This document shows positions 25,696 to 32,000 of a stretch of DNA of 32,000 nt, one piece after another. The notes beneath the pieces were generated by a model. The model did not search any database, was not told where the DNA came from, and worked only from the letters and a program-made list of their open reading frames with translations. Both the position numbers and the translations under genes were made by a program. Source of the DNA: Propionibacterium freudenreichii subsp. freudenreichii (GTDB taxonomy: Bacteria; Actinomycetota; Actinomycetes; Propionibacteriales; Propionibacteriaceae); NCBI RefSeq assembly GCF_000940845.1, contig NZ_CP010341.1, positions 30,001-62,000 on the forward strand, written 5' to 3'. Positions within the stretch are counted from its first letter, which is position 1, and the number at the start of each line of letters is the position of its first letter.

Positions 25696-26895
25696 TCAGA
25701 CCAGGGCGCTGCGCTGCTGCCAGGAATCCCAGTCGTAGACCCAGCAGCCGACTCCGTCGCCGGGCTGGAACGAGGGGCCGCCGCCGGTGAACTCCACCGG
25801 GTCGCCCACCTGGGTGAAGCTCATCAGCCAGGCCGCCTCGGTGGGACTCACGTTGACGCAGCCGTGGCTGGAGGGCGTATTGCCCTGCTGGGCCACCGAC
25901 CAGGGCGCGGCATGGATGAACTCGCCGCTCCACGTGACCCGCTGGCAGCTGTCGACCTTGAGCTTGTAGCCCTCGGCACTGGTGGCCGGCACGCCGTAGG
26001 TGGACGAATCCATGATCATCGAGGTGAGCTTCTCCATGATCACCTTGGTGCCCGACAGCGTCGGATGTGCCGCGGTGCCGGTGCTCACCGGCAGGTTCTT
26101 CACCAGGTTGTCGTTCTGGTAGACGCCCATGTACTGGCTCGAGTTGTTGCAACGCAGCACGTGGGCCTCGCCGAAGCTGATCGAGTAGTTCGTGTCGTCG
26201 GCAAGGTAGAGGCCGTCACCCACCACGAGTCCGGCGAACGCCAGTGACACCTTCGCGGTGCTGCCGGCCTGCCAATAGGTCTTGGGACGCCACATGAGGA
26301 TGCGGTTCTCCACCCAACCCCACGAACCCTCCTGCACCGGTGACGTGGTGACGGTGGCGTGACGCTCGATGTCGGCGCGGATCGCCTTGTCGGTGATCGG
26401 GCTGTTGAACTGGATGTACACCGGCATGCCCACGCCCAGGCCCTGCTGCACGTACACCGGCGAATAGACGATGGTCTCGACCTTCGCGGTGGTGAACGAC
26501 GCGGTGAGCGTGTGCGGGCCGTCCTTGGCGTCGGTGGCCTCGACGGTCACGTTGTAGTTCGCTGCCGGCCAGAAGGCGCGGTCGCAGGTCCAGGTGCTGC
26601 CGTTGAGCTGGCCGCTGTAGGCGTTGCCATTGCTGTCGGCCACCACGATGGACTTCAGGGTGCCGTCATTGACGGCCACGGTGAGCGCGTCCTGCGGCAG
26701 CACGGCGTCGAGGCCGTGCGGGGCGGTCAGCGACAGGGTGGGGGTGGCGGGCCCCTTGCTCGATGCCGATGCGCCGGTTGAGCCGGGGCGCGCCTTGGAA
26801 CAGGCGGCCAGCCCTACTGCGCCAGCACCCACCGCGACGGCGGCAAGTGCCCCTCGCCGGCTGAACCGGCTGGTGGGGTGAAGGCGACGTGGCAT
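25696..26895 (-). CDS. L,D-transpeptidase (YkuD domain) lipoprotein, 399 aa
   Basis: The signal peptide has the lipobox GLAAC. The catalytic motif is HAAPWS...SHGCVNV. The N-terminal domains look Ig-like. ATG at 26895 follows gggag. Confidence 0.85.
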   Translation of the reverse strand: MPRRLHPTSRFSRRGALAAVAVGAGAVGLAACSKARPGSTGASASSKGPATPTLSLTAPHGLDAVLPQDALTVAVNDGTLKSIVVADSNGNAYSGQLNGSTWTCDRAFWPAANYNVTVEATDAKDGPHTLTASFTTAKVETIVYSPVYVQQGLGVGMPVYIQFNSPITDKAIRADIERHATVTTSPVQEGSWGWVENRILMWRPKTYWQAGSTAKVSLAFAGLVVGDGLYLADDTNYSISFGEAHVLRCNNSSQYMGVYQNDNLVKNLPVSTGTAAHPTLSGTKVIMEKLTSMIMDSSTYGVPATSAEGYKLKVDSCQRVTWSGEFIHAAPWSVAQQGNTPSSHGCVNVSPTEAAWLMSFTQVGDPVEFTGGGPSFQPGDGVGCWVYDWDSWQQRSALV

Positions 26896-27191
26896 CGGAA
26901 CTCCCGAACATGTTGCGCCGGCGGGCCGGCTTGGAGATGGACGATTCTGCGGGGGTGATCGGCTTGGCGGGTCCGACCACACAGGTGCGGGGCTGGACCT
27001 TTCGCATCCCGGTGAATGCAGTGCGGCGGGAGATGTCACCCGCCTGAGCAATCAAGCCAAGAGTGTAGCTCGTGGCACTTCCATTTCTGAGACGCCAGCG
27101 GCTTGTTCGCCACAGGCTGTTATTGAGGCAGGTCGCCGGCGTGCTGGGCCAGGGATCGGTGGGTGGCCGCCGCAGGCCCCACAATGGAGCC

Positions 27192-27479
27192 ATGTCAAGG
27201 GGTGTGGAAAACCTGCGTGCGGTGCGGCTTGTGGCGTCCGGACGCGTGCAGGGCGTCGGCTTCCGGTGGCAGGCCCGTCAGCAGGCCCGCGCGCTGGGTA
27301 TCGACGGCTGGGTGAAGAACCGCGGCGACGGGCGTGTCGAGATGGTGGCCCAGGGCGAGCGCACAGCCGTCGGACGGTTCATCGCCTGGGCGCGCAGCGG
27401 CCCCGGTTACGGATACGTGGAGCACCTCGAGGTCACCGACGAGCCCGTCCGGGGCATGACCGGCTTCGACGTCCGCTGA
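27192..27479 (+). CDS. acyP: Acylphosphatase, 95 aa
   Basis: Contains VSGRVQGVGFRW...GWVKNRGDGRVE...G. ATG at 27192 follows ggag. Confidence 0.8.
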   Translation: MSRGVENLRAVRLVASGRVQGVGFRWQARQQARALGIDGWVKNRGDGRVEMVAQGERTAVGRFIAWARSGPGYGYVEHLEVTDEPVRGMTGFDVR

Positions 27480-27525
27480 GTTCGGACGCACCGGGTTCGG
27501 GTGCGGGGTTCACACCGCCCGACCC

Positions 27526-28209
27526 TCACAACGCGCGGGTGGTCCACTCACTGCCGGCGTCGATGAGGCGTGCCAGGCCGCCGGTCAACGCCGCGACCGC
27601 CTCGCGGGTCAGCTCGTCCTCGCCGGGGACGTGTGCCACCTGCACGATGCCCTCGGTGGACGTCCAGCGCGTCGCCACCACGTGCAGCGACGAGTTGCGC
27701 AGGGCCGCCTCGATGGCGCCGGCCTCGGCCAGCGGCAGGTGCACGTCAACCAGCTGCATGCGCTGGCGCACCACGAAGCTGGCCCGCGTCAGTGCCTCAC
27801 TCACCGCGCCGCCATATGCCCTTGTCAGGCCGCCGGCGCCCAATTTGATGCCGCCGAAATAGCGCACCACCACTGCGAGCACGTCCGACAGGTCCCGCCG
27901 TCCCGGTGCCGTGTGGTGGGCCACGAGCGCCTGCAGCATCGGTGCGCCCGCGGTGCCGGCCGGTTCCCCGTCGTCGCTGGTGCGCGCCTCGGTGTGCCCG
28001 GCGCCGAGCACGAAGGCGCTCGGGCGGTGCCGTGCGTCGTAGAACTCCTTGCGCAGCTCGGCGATGTGCTCGCGGGCCTGCTGCGAACTGGACACCGGAT
28101 ACAGGCAGGCAATGAACCGGGACCGCTTGATCTCCTGTTCATTGCGCATCGGTGCGCGCAGCGTCACGAAGCGGTCGCCCGACGACGCGGGCTCCACCGA
28201 CTGCGACAT
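27526..28209 (-). CDS. YigZ / IMPACT-family protein, 227 aa
   Basis: Contains EIKRSRFIA, ARHRPSAFVLG, DDGEPAGTAGAPML and VVVRYFGGIKLGAGGLTRAY. ATG at 28209 follows ggagg. Confidence 0.8.
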   Translation of the reverse strand: MSQSVEPASSGDRFVTLRAPMRNEQEIKRSRFIACLYPVSSSQQAREHIAELRKEFYDARHRPSAFVLGAGHTEARTSDDGEPAGTAGAPMLQALVAHHTAPGRRDLSDVLAVVVRYFGGIKLGAGGLTRAYGGAVSEALTRASFVVRQRMQLVDVHLPLAEAGAIEAALRNSSLHVVATRWTSTEGIVQVAHVPGEDELTREAVAALTGGLARLIDAGSEWTTRAL

Positions 28210-28339
28210 GACACCTCCACGACGACAACTCCCGGCCACCACGGAACGCCTCCCCGGACCTGATGGGAGGTCCGGCGTCCACAGATCCGGCATCCACACA
28301 CATCGTGTCATGACCTTCCCGGGGCGTTAGCGTGGATGC

Positions 28340-28849
28340 ATGGCAGACATCACCCCACTGTTGGCAGACCGCTGGAGCCCCCACGCATTCGACAAGACCC
28401 ACGTGATCTCCGAGGACCAGGTGCAACTGTTGCTCGAGGCGGCCCGCTGGGCGCCGTCGGCAATGAACCGCCAGCCCTGGTCGTTCGTGGTCGGCGTGCG
28501 CGACGACGACGTCTTCGCCCGCCTGCGCCCCGCCATCGAGGGCTTCTCCGACTGGGCGCTGGACGCGTCGGCAATCATCCTCGGCGCCTATCAGAACGCC
28601 GGAAGTGAGCCTGACTACGCCCTTTACGACCTCGGGCAGTCGATGGCCCACCTGACCGTGCAGGCCGAGGCACTGGGCCTGCACGTGCGCCAGTTCGCCA
28701 CCTTCGACCGCCCCATGGCCGGACGCGCCTTCAACATCGCCGCGCCGTGGGAGCCGATCATCATGGCTGCGGTGGGCCTGCCGGCACCCGGCCAGAAGCC
28801 CGAGGGGCGCGCCCGCAAGCCGCTCAGCGAGCTGACCGCCTGGCAGTGA
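28340..28849 (+). CDS. Nitroreductase-family protein, 169 aa
   Basis: RWSPHAFDKTHVISEDQVQLLLEAARWAPSAMNRQPWSFVV is the typical nitroreductase N-terminal signature. Confidence 0.75.
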   Translation: MADITPLLADRWSPHAFDKTHVISEDQVQLLLEAARWAPSAMNRQPWSFVVGVRDDDVFARLRPAIEGFSDWALDASAIILGAYQNAGSEPDYALYDLGQSMAHLTVQAEALGLHVRQFATFDRPMAGRAFNIAAPWEPIIMAAVGLPAPGQKPEGRARKPLSELTAWQ

Positions 28850-29043
28850 GCTGATCCTCGGCCGGCACCCGCCGGTCACCTGCCACACGCCTGCCCACGG
28901 GCCTGCGTGGGCTCCGAACACGCCCGGCCAGCGACCGCCCCTGCGGACGACGGGATGCCACAATGGGCGGCCGGGGTCGCGTCCGGCCCCGATCGAGGAT
29001 GCACGGCATCGAGGGTGGTCGGCCTGTTGGGAGAAGAGCGCGT

Positions 29044-30735
29044 ATGAGTGGTGGGACTGCTGTTGGTTCCCAAGAATTTCCCCCGGTGGGCACGTTCCCA
29101 CAGGAGGACGAACTCCCCCCATCGGGCACGACCCGCAGGACGCGCGATGCGTCGTCAGCGGACCTCGTGGCCAATGGTTCCGCAACCACTGACCCCTCAC
29201 CGGCCCCTCGCCACCGCATCCGGCGTCGGCTGATCCCGCTCGACGGGCACGGCGACATCCGGTTGGGCGTCCTCGCCGCACTGCTGTGCATGATCGGCTC
29301 GTGGTACGTGTCGACGTGGCTCGACGAGTCGGCCACCGCGCACATCATCAGCTATCCCCCCGCGCAGATGAATGGGCTGTTCACCTGGACCGACCTTGTG
29401 TACGCGCCCTACTACTACCTGATGCACTACTGGACGGCGCTGGTGGGCATCAATCCGTTCACCCTGCGCCTGCCCAGCGTGCTGGCGGTCGGCGTCGGCA
29501 CGGCCGCCATGGCCGCCACTGGCCGGGTGCTGGTGGCACGTCGTGGCCAGCTGCTCTATGCCGCCTGCTTCGCGCTGCTTCCCCGCGTCATGGCGATGGG
29601 CATCGAGGCGCGTCCCTATGCACTCGCCGCGATGTTCGTGGCCTGTGCGGTGTGGTTGGTGGTGCTCATCGGGCGACGTCCGACGGCATGGCGCGTCATC
29701 GGCCTGACCGCGGCGATGGCGCTTGCGGTGTACGCACAGATGTATGCGGTGTTGCCGGTGATCGGGCTCACGCTTGTTGGCCTGCTGACGATCCGGACGC
29801 GGCACCGCTGGCTCGTGGCGGCGGCCGCCGTGGCAGCCGGCACGCTCTGCCTGCCCTTCGGGGTGGCCGCCGTGGGCCAGTTGAGGCAGGTGGGGTGGAT
29901 CGCCGACCTGTCCCACGACTGGTTCGACCATGCGCTCGTGGAGTCGTGGGCGGCGTCGCGCACGAACGTGAACGTGACGGCCACCGACCTGGTGCCGCAC
30001 GTGATCGCGGTGACGATGGCCGTGCTGGCGGCCCTGCTGGTGGTGTTGGCCCTGGTGAGCCGCTTCAGCGGCACCGCCGCCGAGCGGGCCGGCCGCCGCC
30101 CCGGCGTGGCCCGGATGCTGTGGGCGATGGTGCCGATCGTGCTCACCGTGGTGGTGTTGTGGACCTATTCGCTGCTGGCCACCGACGTGCTGCTGGCGCG
30201 CTATTTCACGGCCGCCGCGCCGTTCTATGCCGTGGTGTTGGCCGAGGCGACCATGGCATTGCGCTGGAGGTGGGCGCGCGTCGTGCCGGTGTTGTTGCTG
30301 GTGGGTGCGCTGGCGCTGGCCGGATTCCAGCGCCGCCCCTACGCGAAGGTCACCTGGGAGGACTATTCGCTGCTCGCGACGGTGATGCGCACCGAGGCCC
30401 AGCCCGGTGATGGACTGCTCACCGAACGCAATCCGCAGCCCAACGAGAACTACCAGGTGGCGCTTGCCTGCGATCCGGACGCCTTCACCCACGTGATCAA
30501 CCTCGCCCAGCCCAACAAGCCGCCGCTGGACGGACCCTTCCGCAGGGATCCGCCGCGCATCCGGCTGGTCACCTATCCCCAGCTGCCGCAGCGCATCTGG
30601 CTGGCGGTGCCGTTCGGTCAGTGGAGCGAATACGGCCAGCAGCTGGAGCACCTGGGCTACCAGCCGACGCTCACCGAGCGCGGCCCGCAGGGCGATCCGG
30701 GTGGCCATGCCATCACGCTGTGGCAACGGCGGTGA
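29044..30735 (+). CDS. Polytopic GT-C-type membrane glycosyltransferase (family 39 / PMT_2-like), 563 aa
   Basis: It has multiple TM helices, with WLDESATA (a DE motif) in the first extracytoplasmic loop. ATG at 29044 follows gggagaag. The function assignment is moderate. Confidence 0.55.
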   Translation: MSGGTAVGSQEFPPVGTFPQEDELPPSGTTRRTRDASSADLVANGSATTDPSPAPRHRIRRRLIPLDGHGDIRLGVLAALLCMIGSWYVSTWLDESATAHIISYPPAQMNGLFTWTDLVYAPYYYLMHYWTALVGINPFTLRLPSVLAVGVGTAAMAATGRVLVARRGQLLYAACFALLPRVMAMGIEARPYALAAMFVACAVWLVVLIGRRPTAWRVIGLTAAMALAVYAQMYAVLPVIGLTLVGLLTIRTRHRWLVAAAAVAAGTLCLPFGVAAVGQLRQVGWIADLSHDWFDHALVESWAASRTNVNVTATDLVPHVIAVTMAVLAALLVVLALVSRFSGTAAERAGRRPGVARMLWAMVPIVLTVVVLWTYSLLATDVLLARYFTAAAPFYAVVLAEATMALRWRWARVVPVLLLVGALALAGFQRRPYAKVTWEDYSLLATVMRTEAQPGDGLLTERNPQPNENYQVALACDPDAFTHVINLAQPNKPPLDGPFRRDPPRIRLVTYPQLPQRIWLAVPFGQWSEYGQQLEHLGYQPTLTERGPQGDPGGHAITLWQRR

Positions 30736-30772
30736 TGCGCGTCGGCCCAGCGGTCCCGGTTGTCGCGGGCGG

Positions 30773-32000
30773 TCAGCAGTCGGCCGAGCGCTGCACCCAC
30801 AGGGTGGAGCTGCCCGCCACTGCGAAGCTTGGGTAGTGCACCGTCTCCACCATCGCCATGTCGGGCAGTGGAGATTGCGAGACCGTGTAGCAGGCCCGCG
30901 TGTCAGCAAAGGACGAGGTGTAGCCGTGGGCGCCCACCACACCCGAGCCGGTGACCATCGGCCGTGACGAGTGCCAGCCCAACCACTCGAAGCCGGCGTC
31001 GATGTCGGTGGCGGACACACCGCGGGCCACGAGTCGTTCGGCTGCCCGCCACTGGGCCCCGTCGCGGGCCAGTGTGCTGGCGGTCACCGACCAGCTCAGC
31101 GCCGCGACGACCACCAATCCCACGGCGCCGGCCCACCGGGAGGTCGTCGGCACGCTGGCCCTTGAAGGGCTCGAAGACCGCGGAGGGACGGCCCGGGGAG
31201 TGGCCGAGGCTCCCGGCGAGGCGGCGGACGTCGCAGCCGGCCGTGCCGCCAGCGATCCCAACAGCGGCCCGCACAACAGCGGCACCAGTGTGATCAGGTA
31301 GCGGTCGTAGATCTCCTGGCCGATCAGCGCCTGCCCGAGCGTGCCCGCCACCAACAGGCCTGCCGCTGCCGCGGTGAGCGGGTCGACGCGCCGACCTCGT
31401 GGCGCAGCCGTCTGCCCGGGGGCGCGCAGGCGCGCCTGCACCGCCGTGCCGACGAGCAGGCCCGCCGACAGGCAGGTGAGCACCAGCACCGCGTTCCACA
31501 CCGACGCCGCAAAGATCGTCTGACGGCCGTGTTCGGCGCTGGCATAGGCGCCGCCGGCAGGTACAGGGCCAGGGTCAGCAGGCCCATCGGCAGCCCTGCC
31601 AGCACGGTGCGCAGTGCCCGGGACGCCGTCCGCCGGATGGCACACCAGATGAGGAAGGCAACGAAGGCGAACACCACCATCACCGTGCCCTGCACATAGG
31701 CCACGGTGATGGTCAGGTAGCCGGCCGCGAAGGCGGGCCAATATGACTTCTTCTGCACGATGAAGCGCCACAGGCCCCACAACACCCACGGGAAATAGGC
31801 CCAGACCTCCAGGTTCGTCACCCACGACGTGGCATCCAGGAACAGCGTGAAACCGCCAAGCGGTGCCGCCACCCCTGCCATCACGGACAAGCAGCGCCGA
31901 GCACCGAATTGCCGGGCCAGGGCATAGACGCCCGCGCCGCCGACCATCATGAAGAACAGCTTGACGCCGGTGGCCATCACGGCCGCATTCGACACCAGCT
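30773..32000 (-). pseudogene. Polytopic membrane protein with an extracytoplasmic C-terminal domain (possibly GT-C-like); 5' end outside the window; apparent frameshift near 31556
   Basis: Two minus-strand ORFs (31324-31995 and 30773-31825) join as ...LLTLALYLP|GGAYASAEHGRQTIFAASVWNAVLVL... if one base is added to the CC run. The frame stays open to the window edge. Confidence 0.5.

Noticed and set aside
26940-27075. Fragments resembling the ydaO (c-di-AMP) riboswitch (GGGGGTGATC, CCCGGTGAATGC, ACCCGCCTGAGCAATC) between the L,D-transpeptidase and acylphosphatase genes
   Set aside because: The matches are partial, and the order fits only the plus strand, where the downstream gene (acylphosphatase) is not a known target. 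I could not fold the pseudo-symmetric structure by eye. Short GC-rich matches like these are expected by chance. A cmsearch against Rfam RF00379 would settle it.
29197-31020. 607-aa minus-strand ORF
   Set aside because: It is antisense to the GT-C membrane protein gene, whose translation shows clear TM helices and a DE motif. The shadow ORF is Arg/His/Gly/Pro-rich junk.

Overview
High-GC actinobacterial chromosomal window. It probably lies near oriC, because it opens with the 3' end of a DUF3566-like membrane protein gene followed by tRNA-Ile(GAU); that placement is an inference from conserved gene order. The main feature is a ~6.4-kb island integrated into the 3' end of tRNA-Ile. It is bounded by a perfect 24-bp direct repeat (219-242 / 6639-6662). 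All eight of its genes are on the minus strand: tyrosine integrase, small unknown protein, Xis/AlpA-like HTH, Zn-ribbon protein, AEP-like primase, RepA/DnaB-like AAA ATPase, FDXHR zinc-binding protein, and an acidic 226-aa unknown. A dense iteron/palindrome block starts 14 bp after the helicase stop, and 11-bp arm-type repeats lie inside both ends. I recognise no capsid, terminase, tail, lysis, relaxase or FtsK/TraB genes. I therefore read it as a candidate phage satellite (PICI-like) or minimal replicative integrative element. The rest of the window is ordinary core chromosome: two YbjN-like proteins; a disrupted LacI regulator; a Gfo/Idh/MocA oxidoreductase plus sugar-porter operon with a 16-bp palindromic operator; a LuxR-type two-component system; an M20 amidohydrolase plus MHS transporter operon; a heterodimeric ABC exporter with one degenerate ATP site; alanine dehydrogenase; an APC amino-acid permease; an L,D-transpeptidase lipoprotein; acylphosphatase; a YigZ/IMPACT protein; a nitroreductase; and two convergent polytopic membrane proteins, at least one GT-C (family 39-like). 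Other points worth a second look: four apparent frameshifts, each repairable by adding one base to a CC/GG run (possibly assembly error); a ~45-bp palindromic REP-like repeat in three copies; an in-frame 7 x 15-bp tandem repeat in the second ABC gene; a 3 x 16-bp AT-rich tandem repeat between ald and the permease; and stacked hairpins between convergent genes. No rRNA or CRISPR array was seen. All family assignments come from reading motifs in the translations. No database search was run.
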